DNA of 64,000 nucleotides, taken from NCBI GenBank assembly GCA_019873625.1, contig JAIOAW010000003.1:39675-103674 (forward strand). The letters are read 5' to 3'. This document shows positions 1 to 8,474 of the stretch, piece by piece; position 1 is the first letter of the stretch; every line of letters starts with the position of its first letter. Source of the DNA: Chloroflexota bacterium (GTDB lineage Bacteria; Chloroflexota; Anaerolineae; UBA1429). The notes under the pieces are model-generated. The model was not told the DNA's origin and searched no databases. It worked only from the letters and a program-made list of their open reading frames with translations. A program made the translations under genes and the position numbers.

Positions 1-1427
1 CTCGTCGCCGTTTTCTCACCGGGGCTGCGATCACTGCAGCCGGTATGGCCTTGGCCGCCTGCGCGCCTAAGGCCACCCCAGCGCCGACGCCTGCCCCCAA
101 GCCCGCCGCGGGCCAGCCCACAGCCGCCCCCGCCCAGCCCACGCCCGCTCCGGCCAAGAAAGAGCCCGTGGTGATCCGCGAGCAGGGCGGTGGCAACGCC
201 ATCGTGTTCCCCTTCCATGAAAAGTGCATCAAAGAGAAGTTCATGGCGGAGCACCCGGAGATCAAGGTGGAACTCGAGCCGAACCCCGATGGCTGGGTGG
301 AGAAACTCCTCACCCAGATGGTGGCCGGCACGGCGCCCGATCTCTTTGAGGCGTGGGGGAACATCCTGTACGAGTGGGTGGACCGCAACCTGATCTTTGA
401 CCTCCAGCCCTTAGTGGACCGCGATTTCACAAAGGAGCGAATCGAGGAATACACGGAATTCCAATGGAAGGGGCTGGTGTTCAAGGGGATACGCGCCGGG
501 ATGCCCCGCTACATCAACATCATCCTGATGTACATCCACAAAGATTTGTGGGATAAATACGGCGTGCCCTATCCTCCGGAAGATGGGAACTATACCTTCG
601 ACGACTATACCGGATGGTTGAAGACCCTCACGGAGAAGGCGCGTTCCAAGGGGGATAATAACGTCTGGGCCGGCTGGATTCCTATGGATGATTTGGATCG
701 CTTCTGGACGCCGATCCACTCCTGGGGCGGCAAGGTGGTGGACGAAAAGTACGGCAAGGTTTGCCTGCTCGGCGAGCCGGAGGCTCAGGCGGCGCTCAAG
801 TGGGCCTACGATATGGAGTTCACGTGGAACTATCACTCCCAGCCGGCGCAGGTGGAGAACAAGTGGCCGAGCACCTCGTTTGGGCCAGGGCTGATTATGT
901 CGGCTATCGAGGGAGTCGGCTGGCTCTTCACCCGCGAAAGGGTCTGGGGTGAGGAGGCCAAGATCCGCTATGACCTTCGCCATCACCCCAAGGGGCCTAC
1001 GGGCAAGCGCAGCACCCTGGGCACCACGGACTGCTGGTCGGTGAACAAGGCGACCAAGCACCCCGAAGAGGTCTGGACGCTCCTCCAGTTCCTGGCCGGG
1101 CCGGTCTACCAGATGGATGTGGCGATTAAAGTGAATGGCCAGATCCCGGTCCTCAAGAGCCTGATCAAGGACTATCCCAAGTTGCTCCGCGAGGTCAAGC
1201 CGCGCCTTGAAGATGTCCGCTTGGAGACCGTTACAGAGGCCATCGAGTGGGGCTACCCGGAGGATGGCCCGTGGTTCTGCGACCAGTTGGAGGCTTTCAA
1301 CACCTATCTCGGCCCTGCGCTGCAGAAGGTCTATACCGTCGGCGATGTTGGCCCGGATTACCTCATTGAGGTAGCGAACCAAATTACCGAGGCCCAGAAT
1401 GATTGCGTCGTCACGTGGCCCAAATAG
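1..1427 (+). CDS. ABC transporter substrate-binding lipoprotein (extracellular solute-binding family 1, carbohydrate type). Partial at the 5' edge: the frame is open from nt 3.
   Basis: The frame is open from the window edge. The in-window N-terminus reads RRRFLTGAAITAAGMALAACA, a twin-arginine (Tat) motif followed by a lipobox LAAC. A Pro/Ala-rich linker then leads into a typical sugar-binding-protein body. The gene is followed by two MalF/MalG-type permease genes. Confidence 0.8.
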   Translation, partial: RRRFLTGAAITAAGMALAACAPKATPAPTPAPKPAAGQPTAAPAQPTPAPAKKEPVVIREQGGGNAIVFPFHEKCIKEKFMAEHPEIKVELEPNPDGWVEKLLTQMVAGTAPDLFEAWGNILYEWVDRNLIFDLQPLVDRDFTKERIEEYTEFQWKGLVFKGIRAGMPRYINIILMYIHKDLWDKYGVPYPPEDGNYTFDDYTGWLKTLTEKARSKGDNNVWAGWIPMDDLDRFWTPIHSWGGKVVDEKYGKVCLLGEPEAQAALKWAYDMEFTWNYHSQPAQVENKWPSTSFGPGLIMSAIEGVGWLFTRERVWGEEAKIRYDLRHHPKGPTGKRSTLGTTDCWSVNKATKHPEEVWTLLQFLAGPVYQMDVAIKVNGQIPVLKSLIKDYPKLLREVKPRLEDVRLETVTEAIEWGYPEDGPWFCDQLEAFNTYLGPALQKVYTVGDVGPDYLIEVANQITEAQNDCVVTWPK

Positions 1428-1437
1428 CCTAAGAAAG

Positions 1438-1473
1438 CCAGGCCTGAAAGGCCGAAGAGCCTTTCAGGCCTGG
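1438..1473. other. Perfect 15-bp inverted repeat with a 6-nt loop, lying between the binding-protein gene and the first permease gene.
   Basis: The repeat is ccaggcctgaaaggc-cgaaga-gcctttcaggcctgg, read directly. The ribosome-binding site AAAGGAGGG and the GTG start of the permease follow. Confidence 0.7.
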
Positions 1474-1496
1474 GTGTATGAAAAGGAGGGAGTACT

Positions 1497-2423
1497 GTGG
1501 CACAGGAGATTGCGGTCAAAGGGCGGCGCCTCAATTTACGCCAGCGCGAATCGCTCGTGGGGTTCCTTTTTTGCCTGCCGTGGCTTATCCACTTTACGTT
1601 GCTCATCGCCGGGGCGATGATTTTTTCGTTCGTGATCAGCCTGAGCCGAACGGATTTGTTGACGGGTTGGAAGTTCATCGGCTTTCAAAACTATAGTAAC
1701 CTTTTTAAAGATTTTCTCTTTTGGAAATCCCTACGAGTAACTGCTTATTACACTTTTCTCGTAGTGCCTTTGGGGATAATTTTGGCGCTTTCCATCGCGC
1801 TGTTACTTAACAGCAAGGTGGTAGCCTTTTTAGGGTTTTGGCGGCTAATCTATTATCTCCCCTCCGTGGTTTCTGGAGTTGCCGTGGCCATCTTGTGGAT
1901 GTGGGTGCTCAACCCGCGTTTTGGCCTGCTCAATGCGACCCTCATATCGCTCGGCGTGAAAAATCCACCGCGCTGGCTATATTCAGAGGAATGGGCCATT
2001 CCGGGGTTCGTCTTGATGGGCCTCTGGGGGGCAGGCGGCGCGATGCTCCTTTATCTGGCTGGCCTGCAGAGCATCCCAACGCACTTGTATGAGGCAGCCG
2101 AGATTGACGGGGCGGGGAGTTGGGCCAAGTTCTGGCGCATCACGCTGCCTATGTTGACGCCCACCATTTTCTTTAACTTGATTATGAGCATCATCGGATC
2201 TTTCCAGGTTTTTACGCAAGTCTATGTTATGACGAACGGGGGACCTAACAATGCGACCTTGACGATGGTGTTCTATCTATACCGTTTGGCGTTCCTTGAA
2301 TTTAAATTCGGCTATGCCTCTGCGTTAGCCTGGGTATTGTTTTTCATTATCTTGTTCTTTACGATGCTGGTCGTCCGATCCTCTGCCGCTTGGGTGTATT
2401 ACGAGGGAGAATTGAGGAAATGA
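1497..2423 (+). CDS. Carbohydrate ABC transporter permease (MalF/UgpA-like).
   Basis: The gene starts with GTG, 6 nt after AAAGGAGGG. It has six predicted transmembrane segments and an EAA-like loop (EAAEIDGAGSWAKFWRITLPM). Its stop overlaps the start of the next permease (ATGA). Confidence 0.9.
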   Translation: MAQEIAVKGRRLNLRQRESLVGFLFCLPWLIHFTLLIAGAMIFSFVISLSRTDLLTGWKFIGFQNYSNLFKDFLFWKSLRVTAYYTFLVVPLGIILALSIALLLNSKVVAFLGFWRLIYYLPSVVSGVAVAILWMWVLNPRFGLLNATLISLGVKNPPRWLYSEEWAIPGFVLMGLWGAGGAMLLYLAGLQSIPTHLYEAAEIDGAGSWAKFWRITLPMLTPTIFFNLIMSIIGSFQVFTQVYVMTNGGPNNATLTMVFYLYRLAFLEFKFGYASALAWVLFFIILFFTMLVVRSSAAWVYYEGELRK

Positions 2424-3319
2424 ACACATCCACTTTGGCATCCCGCATCGAGAGGATACGCCTTACGACGGATTGGCAAGTCGTGTTCTGGCGCGTTCGG
2501 CGCATTATCGCCAAGATCATCATCCACCTGATCCTCGTGGCAGGGGCGATTGTGTTTGCTGCCCCCTTTGTGTGGATGCTTTCGACATCTTTCAAGACGG
2601 AGGCAACCGCGTACAAAATCCCTGTGGAATGGATCCCCAAGCCCATCCGTTGGCAAAACTATATCGAAGCCTGGCAGATGCAGCCCTTCCCCATATTCTA
2701 CCGGAACACGATTTTTCTAACGGTTGTGAACATTATCGGCATCGTCCTCTCGAGTTCGCTGGTAGCATTTGCCTTTGCGCGCGTGAGGTTCTGGGGGAGA
2801 GACGTGCTGTTTCTCATTTTGCTCGCAACGATGATGCTCCCTGGGCAAGTTACCCTGATTCCGATCTATGTCATTTGGTCACGCCTTAAGGCAGTCAACA
2901 CGTTTTGGCCGCTCATTATTCCCGAATGGCTCTCCAACGCCTATAACGTTTTCTTGCTCAGGCAGTATATGATGACCATCACGCCGGAGATGGACGATGC
3001 CGCGCGCATTGACGGGGCGAGTTGGTTCCGCATCTATTCGCAGATTATCATCCCTATGTCTGCGCCGGCCCTGGGCGTGGTGGCCATCCAGGCCTTCTCT
3101 TGGAACTGGAACTCCTTTATGGGGCCGCTCATCTATCTGAACACGCGCAACAAGTTCACCATTGCCATCGGCCTTCGCCTTTTTCAATCGCAGATGTCTC
3201 AATATATGCCCTATACGATGGCTATGTCCGTCGTCGCGTTGATCCCGGTGCTCATCGTCTTCTTTATCGCACAACGATACTTCATCCAAGGCATCGTCAT
3301 CACAGGTGTGAAGGGCTAA
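2420..3319 (+). CDS. Carbohydrate ABC transporter permease (MalG/UgpE-like).
   Basis: ATG at 2420 follows GAGG and overlaps the upstream stop. It has the permease signature DDAARIDGASWFRIYSQIIIPM. Confidence 0.9.
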   Translation: MNTSTLASRIERIRLTTDWQVVFWRVRRIIAKIIIHLILVAGAIVFAAPFVWMLSTSFKTEATAYKIPVEWIPKPIRWQNYIEAWQMQPFPIFYRNTIFLTVVNIIGIVLSSSLVAFAFARVRFWGRDVLFLILLATMMLPGQVTLIPIYVIWSRLKAVNTFWPLIIPEWLSNAYNVFLLRQYMMTITPEMDDAARIDGASWFRIYSQIIIPMSAPALGVVAIQAFSWNWNSFMGPLIYLNTRNKFTIAIGLRLFQSQMSQYMPYTMAMSVVALIPVLIVFFIAQRYFIQGIVITGVKG

Positions 3320-3341
3320 TACGTGAAAGGGAAGGAGCATT

Positions 3342-4142
3342 ATGATCAAGACGTCTATTCGTGCAGAGATGCGGCCACGACGGGGGAGCGATGTCCATCC
3401 ACTCAAGTGGGCCTTTGAGCAGGCCTCAGCGATGGGGTTCGACGGGCTGGAGTTGTGCACCCAAGCCGGGCGATGGGGCCAGTTCTCCACGTGGATGACC
3501 CCTGAACTCCGCCAAGGCATCAAAGACCTGGCCCAGGAATACAAGATGTCCGTCTTCTCCCTTTCGGCAGATTGGGCCTGGGAGTACTCCATCTTTTTCC
3601 CCGATTACAAGGATTGGGGAAAGGCCGTCGAGTTCCTGGCTGAGGATGCCAAACTGGCGAAGGAACTGGGCGCCCATACCATTCTCATCCACTTTGGAGA
3701 TGCCAAGGGCACTTGGGATCAGGCGAAGGCGCTCCTGAAAGACGTCGCCCAAGCCGGCGCGCAGTACGGCGTGCGCTTTGGCTTTGAGGCGAACATCTGG
3801 GCCTACACGACCGGCTTTGGCGGGATGGATAGCCTCATCCGTATGGTGGATGAGATCGGCAGCCCCTATTTCGGGGTGTACCTGCACAATGCCTGGCCGC
3901 GCGGCCAGGGGCGAGGTGGGGGCTTCCCCCTGCATGAGGAGATCGAAATGTGCGGCGAGAGGCTCGTCCAGGCTATGCACTCCTCCTCGCTCGTGGATGG
4001 GCGGGTGGAGATAGACTGGCCCAAGGCCTTTGCGGCTATGAAGAAGTACTTCCCGGAAGGGGCCTATACGTTCGAGGTCTCTTGGGAGGCCGTGGCGGAG
4101 AGCAAGAAACTCTTGGATGAGATGCTCGCCAAGTACTGGTAG
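3342..4142 (+). CDS. Sugar phosphate isomerase/epimerase (xylose-isomerase-like TIM barrel).
   Basis: 266 aa. The N-terminus and the segment 'gfdGlEL' match the AP endonuclease 2 / TIM-barrel family pattern. A ribosome-binding site GGGAAGGAG is present. Confidence 0.55.
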   Translation: MIKTSIRAEMRPRRGSDVHPLKWAFEQASAMGFDGLELCTQAGRWGQFSTWMTPELRQGIKDLAQEYKMSVFSLSADWAWEYSIFFPDYKDWGKAVEFLAEDAKLAKELGAHTILIHFGDAKGTWDQAKALLKDVAQAGAQYGVRFGFEANIWAYTTGFGGMDSLIRMVDEIGSPYFGVYLHNAWPRGQGRGGGFPLHEEIEMCGERLVQAMHSSSLVDGRVEIDWPKAFAAMKKYFPEGAYTFEVSWEAVAESKKLLDEMLAKYW

Positions 4143-4167
4143 CCCCGCCCGATTCGCAAAAAATAAA

Positions 4168-4194
4168 AGCGCCCCCGCATATTACGGGGGCGCT
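4168..4194. terminator. Bidirectional intrinsic terminator between two convergent genes.
   Basis: The stem is agcgcccccg-catatta-cgggggcgct. An A-run lies upstream and a T-rich run downstream. It sits between the isomerase (+) stop and the glycyl radical enzyme (-) stop. Confidence 0.75.
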
Positions 4195-4207
4195 TTGCTT
4201 ATAAACG

Positions 4208-6460
4208 TTACTCTTCCGCCAGGATGCGATCCACAATGGGCTGGCGGTATTCGCGCGAGAGGGTGCGGAAGTAGGCGCTGTAGCCCGTGACGCGGATCAT
4301 CAAATCGGGGTGGGTCATTGGGTTTTCGTGGGCCTCCAGCACCTGCTCTTTGGAGACAACGTTCATATTGATGAGCGTGCCGCCCTGCTGGTTGTGCGTG
4401 AGGATGAGCGACTCGATGGCCTCTATCCCGCCCAGGCTCTCGATGAGTTTGCGATCGAACTCGATTTGGAGGGGCGTCGTATTCCCATAGCCGGATTGCA
4501 CCGAGGCCACGGCGTTGGCCTTGGCCGTGATGGCGATGCCGCCGTTCGGCACAAAACCGGGGTCGGGGTCCGCGCTGTGGGAGATGGGTTCGCCGGCGTG
4601 GCGGCCGTTGGGCGTGGCGCCCACCGTCTCGCCCCAGCGGTTCGTGGCGCCGTGCGAAAAGAGGCCCGGCACGCAACGGAAGCCCTTGGGCGTGGGCGTA
4701 TCCCACACGAGGTGCGTCCACAAATCAGCAATGCGGCGCGCCCATTCATCCGCCTTGGTGCCGCCGCGCCCATAGCGCGGGATGCTGTTGAGCATCAAGC
4801 GGACGGGTTCGGCGCCGGCGAAATCCGTATCGAGATAGTGTTTGAGTTCATCCCACGTCAGGCGTTTTTCCTCCACCACGCGCTGTTCGATGGCCGCGAA
4901 AGAATCCGCCGCGGTGGCCAGGCCGATGCCGTCCATAGCCAAGTCCACGATATCCACCCCGCCGGCGGAGACGTCCACCCCCCGCTCGATGGGGCCGTGG
5001 CAAAAGAGGTTCAGGACGATCTCCGGCCAGTTGCGCGCCTGGCGCTCCATATGGATATCTTTGCCCACTTTGACGATATCCACCGAGGTTTTGAGGTGGA
5101 AGGTATAGCGCGCCCACAGGGCCTCCATAGTGCGGGGGGCCTGCGGATCATTCATAATATCCTCCAGGGCGAGGAGGAGGGGCGTCACCAAGCAGACGCG
5201 CGTGACATCCTGCAAGCAGTATTCGATGCCGGGCAGGGCCGTCCAGTTGCAACCGACCTTGGCGCGCATCCGGGCTAGGCCCAGCGGGAACCCCTGCCGC
5301 ATAAAGCCCTCGTCCAGCCCTTTGGAGAGGGCGAACGAAACCCCCGTGCCATCTTGATAGATGTATTCGATGGCCCTGCGCAACAGGCGGCGATCCATCC
5401 CCTCATAGACGCGCAGGGCGATGTTAGAGGGGATGCGCAGTTTGTGCATCGCATCGAGGATGATGAACGAGACGTCGCTCGTGAGGTCGGTGCCATCGGG
5501 CGCTTGGCCGCCGATTTGCGAATAGTGCGGATCGTTGAAAAAGAGGCTGGCCACATGCCACACGCAGGAATCGTAGGTCTCGAGGCCGGCCGCTACGTCG
5601 CGCTCGTAATAAGGGCGCAGGAGTTCGTCCAACTGGCCGAGCGCCCCGCCCAAGGCCCACATCCGGTCAATGCACTGGAACCAGGCCAGGAATTGGCAGG
5701 CCTCGCGGAAGGTGCGCGGCGGGTTCTCGATGAGCCACTCGTTCGTCTCGGCGATGGCGAGGAGGTTCTCTTTGAGGACGGGGTGCGTCTCTTGGGCGGC
5801 CATCTCACGGGCCTTTTCTACGTGGCGGCGAATCCAGGTTTGAACGCCCAAGACGAGGTCCTCTTCGCCATCGTAAAATGAGGTGTCTACGGGGTGGTTC
5901 AGGGCACGGTATTTGCGGATCTTGTTCAAAATCCCGCCCCAGCCGAGTTCCAAGCCGATGCTCATATCTGGCCCGATGTGGTTGGGCGACCCGATGCCCG
6001 GCGAGTAGATATTGTATTTGCGGTGGAGCGGGATGAGGTGAAGCGGCCGATCCTCCGGCCGCCAACTCCGAAAATGCTCGTCCTCCTCGCCCTTGCCGGC
6101 CACGGGTTTGGAATTGGCGCGCATACTCTCCAGCCGCCAGCCGCCCACGCCGGGAATGCCCTTGTAGATCCAGGCGCCGGCGAGGGAACTCATCGGGTTG
6201 ATGTAAACGGGGTGCACCTCCAGCCAGCGGCGAAAGTTCTGGCCGATGGCCCGAATGCCCCACACGCCCCCGGAGGGGTGACTGGGGATGGGTTCGAAGG
6301 GGATTTCCTCATCCCAGGGGATGTAGCCGTGATCGTCCGTATCAAAGTAGCCGAAGCGCTGGACTTTGATATCCGTATGGGCGTTTTTCACCTCTCGCAG
6401 CGCCGCGATGCGTTCATCATAGGTCAGTTCGCCGATTTCGAGTGCACTTTGGGTCGTCAT
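4208..6460 (-). CDS. Pyruvate-formate-lyase-like glycyl radical enzyme (divergent).
   Basis: 750 aa. The C-terminal glycyl-radical motif is MIRVTGYSAYFRTL, about 30 aa from the end. A TPDGR-like motif ATPNGRHAGEP and a single-Cys loop VGCNW are present. A ribosome-binding site AAGAGG precedes the ATG. Confidence 0.75.
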   Translation of the reverse strand: MTTQSALEIGELTYDERIAALREVKNAHTDIKVQRFGYFDTDDHGYIPWDEEIPFEPIPSHPSGGVWGIRAIGQNFRRWLEVHPVYINPMSSLAGAWIYKGIPGVGGWRLESMRANSKPVAGKGEEDEHFRSWRPEDRPLHLIPLHRKYNIYSPGIGSPNHIGPDMSIGLELGWGGILNKIRKYRALNHPVDTSFYDGEEDLVLGVQTWIRRHVEKAREMAAQETHPVLKENLLAIAETNEWLIENPPRTFREACQFLAWFQCIDRMWALGGALGQLDELLRPYYERDVAAGLETYDSCVWHVASLFFNDPHYSQIGGQAPDGTDLTSDVSFIILDAMHKLRIPSNIALRVYEGMDRRLLRRAIEYIYQDGTGVSFALSKGLDEGFMRQGFPLGLARMRAKVGCNWTALPGIEYCLQDVTRVCLVTPLLLALEDIMNDPQAPRTMEALWARYTFHLKTSVDIVKVGKDIHMERQARNWPEIVLNLFCHGPIERGVDVSAGGVDIVDLAMDGIGLATAADSFAAIEQRVVEEKRLTWDELKHYLDTDFAGAEPVRLMLNSIPRYGRGGTKADEWARRIADLWTHLVWDTPTPKGFRCVPGLFSHGATNRWGETVGATPNGRHAGEPISHSADPDPGFVPNGGIAITAKANAVASVQSGYGNTTPLQIEFDRKLIESLGGIEAIESLILTHNQQGGTLINMNVVSKEQVLEAHENPMTHPDLMIRVTGYSAYFRTLSREYRQPIVDRILAEE

Positions 6461-6505
6461 ACCTCTTGCCTTTCGATGCGTGAAAACGCGGATACCTCGC
6501 CGCGC

Positions 6506-6534
6506 ATCATATCCCCAAGCGAGCGCTGTGTCAA
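6506..6534 (-). promoter_or_regulatory. Sigma70-type promoter for the glycyl radical enzyme gene.
   Basis: On the minus strand it reads TTGACA-17 nt-TATGAT, about 45 nt upstream of the ATG. It lies in the 100-bp gap after the murQ stop. Confidence 0.6.
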
Positions 6535-6562
6535 AGAAGAGGATCGCAGGGCCGTTTGCGGC

Positions 6563-7492
6563 CTACCGGGCCGGCCCAATGACCCGCGCGAGGATCCCCT
6601 CGGCGGCCTCCAAACGGGCCTCGGCCTCGGCCAAGGAGAGGCCGAGTACGGCCATCACGATGGCCGGTTTGACGCGGTATGCCGTCTCCTCAAGGAGGGC
6701 GCGCGCCTCTTCGGGGCGTAGGCCCGTTACCTCCGAGACGATGCGCTCGGCGCGGTTTTTGAGTTTGCGGTTCGTGGGGCGCACGTCCACCATCAGGTTG
6801 CCGTAGACCTTGCCCCAACGGATCATACTCGCCGTACTGAGCATATTGAGCACCATCTTTTGCGCCGTGCCCGCCTTTAGGCGCGTGGAGCCGGCGATGG
6901 CCTCCGGCCCGACGAGCACGAGGATGCCGATGTGCACCCTCTCGAGCAAGGGGCAAGGCGCATTGCAGGCGAGGCCCACGGTGCAGGCTCCCCGTTCTCG
7001 GGCCAAGGCCAAGGCGCCGAGGACGTAGGGCGTGCGCCCGCTCGCGGCGAGGCCCACCACCACGTCCCTCGCAGAAGGGGAAAGCGCTTCCAGGTCGCGC
7101 CGACCCGCCTCGGCGTCATCCTCCGCGCCCTCGATGGAGCGCGTAAGGGCCGCAGGGCCGCCCGCGATGAGGGCGACGACTTGGGAGGGGTCTGTGCCGA
7201 AGGTGGGCACGCACTCGACGGCGTCGAGCATCGCCAGGCGGCCGCTGGTGCCCGCCCCCACGTAGATGAGCCGCCCCCCTTGGCGAAAGGCCGCCACGAT
7301 GGCCTCTACCGCTTGGGCGATCTGCGGCAGGGCGGCGCGCACCGCCTCGGCGACGGTGGCATCCTCGGCGTTGAGGCGGCGCAGGATCTCGAGCGTGTCG
7401 CACTGGTCAATATCCGAGGTGCGGGGGTTGCGCGCCTCGGTGAGGGCGCGCTCTAAACCCTCCGCATCCGGCGCGGGCTGCTCATCGTTCAT
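6563..7492 (-). CDS. murQ: N-acetylmuramic acid 6-phosphate etherase (SIS domain).
   Basis: The most likely start is the internal ATG (MNDEQ...) preceded by GGAGAG. The upstream 155 codons of the ORF overlap the previous gene. A SIS motif LIYVGAGTSGRLAMLDAVECVPTFG and the etherase C-terminus are present. Confidence 0.85.
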   Translation of the reverse strand: MNDEQPAPDAEGLERALTEARNPRTSDIDQCDTLEILRRLNAEDATVAEAVRAALPQIAQAVEAIVAAFRQGGRLIYVGAGTSGRLAMLDAVECVPTFGTDPSQVVALIAGGPAALTRSIEGAEDDAEAGRRDLEALSPSARDVVVGLAASGRTPYVLGALALARERGACTVGLACNAPCPLLERVHIGILVLVGPEAIAGSTRLKAGTAQKMVLNMLSTASMIRWGKVYGNLMVDVRPTNRKLKNRAERIVSEVTGLRPEEARALLEETAYRVKPAIVMAVLGLSLAEAEARLEAAEGILARVIGPAR

Positions 7493-8400
7493 TTGCCCGA
7501 TCTCTCCTGGTGGCGCCGAAGCGCCTCCTGGGCAAGGAGGATAGCCCCGATGGCCGGCGGGTGCAAGGGGCGCGGGAACTCGGGCAGGCCCAAGCGCCGC
7601 TGAAGCGCCTCGCTCAAGGGGTTCGGTTCGCGGAGCACGCCGCCGGCAAAGGCGATGGGAAGAGAATCCATCCCCAAACGGCAAAGGGCCGCTTGGGCCA
7701 TCTCGGCCAACCTTTCTGCGCCCTGCGAGGCGATGGCGCAGGCCACCGCATCGCCCTCTTGCGCGGCAGAGAGGACGAGGGGCGCTAGGCCGGCGATCGT
7801 TGGGATGGGAGGCGCCCCCTGGCCATAGAGTCGCGGGATGAGGTCGCGCGGCGAACCCACCTGCAAAGCGTTGAGGAGCAAAGTGCGCAGGGCCGTCGGC
7901 GGGCCTAGCCCCTCTTCGGCGCGGATGACGGCGCGGAGGCCCTCGCGCCCCAGCCAATAGCCGCTGCCCTCATCGCCCAAAAGGTAGCCCCAGCCGCCGA
8001 TGAGCACGCCCGGCCCCTCGGCTAGGGCGCCGTATACGAGCGACCCCGTACCGGCGAGGACGAGCACGCCCTCGCGTCGGCCTACGGCGCCCACCAGGGC
8101 GATTTCATAATCGGCGCTGGGCACCACCAAGGCCTGGGGCAAAACGGTATGCACCACCTCGATGAGCCACGGGGTCGAATGGCTGGCCGCCGCCCCGGCG
8201 ATGCCGATGCCCACCGCGGCCACGCGTTCAGGAGGCACCGCTCCTAGGGCAGCGCGCATAGCGCGGTGGATGATCTCGGCGGCGCGCTCGCGCCCGATGG
8301 AGGAGGGGTTGGCCGCCGGCCCATAGGCCTCACCGCAAAGGGTGAGGTCCCTCTCCGCCAGGAGGACGCGCAGGCCGCTCCCACCGCCGTCAATGCCCAT
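7489..8400 (-). CDS. BadF/BadG/BcrA/BcrD-family ATPase (N-acetylglucosamine / N-acetylmuramic acid kinase-like).
   Basis: The N-terminus MGIDGGGSGLRVLLAE is the actin-like ATPase phosphate-1 motif. There is a 4-nt overlap with the murQ start. The context suggests a MurK-like sugar kinase. Confidence 0.6.
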   Translation of the reverse strand: MGIDGGGSGLRVLLAERDLTLCGEAYGPAANPSSIGRERAAEIIHRAMRAALGAVPPERVAAVGIGIAGAAASHSTPWLIEVVHTVLPQALVVPSADYEIALVGAVGRREGVLVLAGTGSLVYGALAEGPGVLIGGWGYLLGDEGSGYWLGREGLRAVIRAEEGLGPPTALRTLLLNALQVGSPRDLIPRLYGQGAPPIPTIAGLAPLVLSAAQEGDAVACAIASQGAERLAEMAQAALCRLGMDSLPIAFAGGVLREPNPLSEALQRRLGLPEFPRPLHPPAIGAILLAQEALRRHQERSGK

Positions 8401-8474
8401 CCACAGGGGCGGTATCGCTCTTCCTTGCCTTGAGGTGCCCATTTCCCCCAGGGTCTTTGCGGCGCGGCCCACGC

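Noticed and set aside
411-1382. Long antisense or alternative-frame ORFs in the ORF track that lie entirely inside well-supported genes. Examples are 411-1382 (-), 4310-5278 (+), 10781-12103 (+), 12186-13418 (+), 22147-23811 (+), 35748-36455 (-), 38274-39530 (-) and 62371-63699 (+).
   Set aside because: They are Arg/Pro/Gly-rich with no domain motifs. Open reading frames on the opposite strand are expected by chance in DNA of about 65% GC. Each one overlaps a gene with clear family signatures and a ribosome-binding site.
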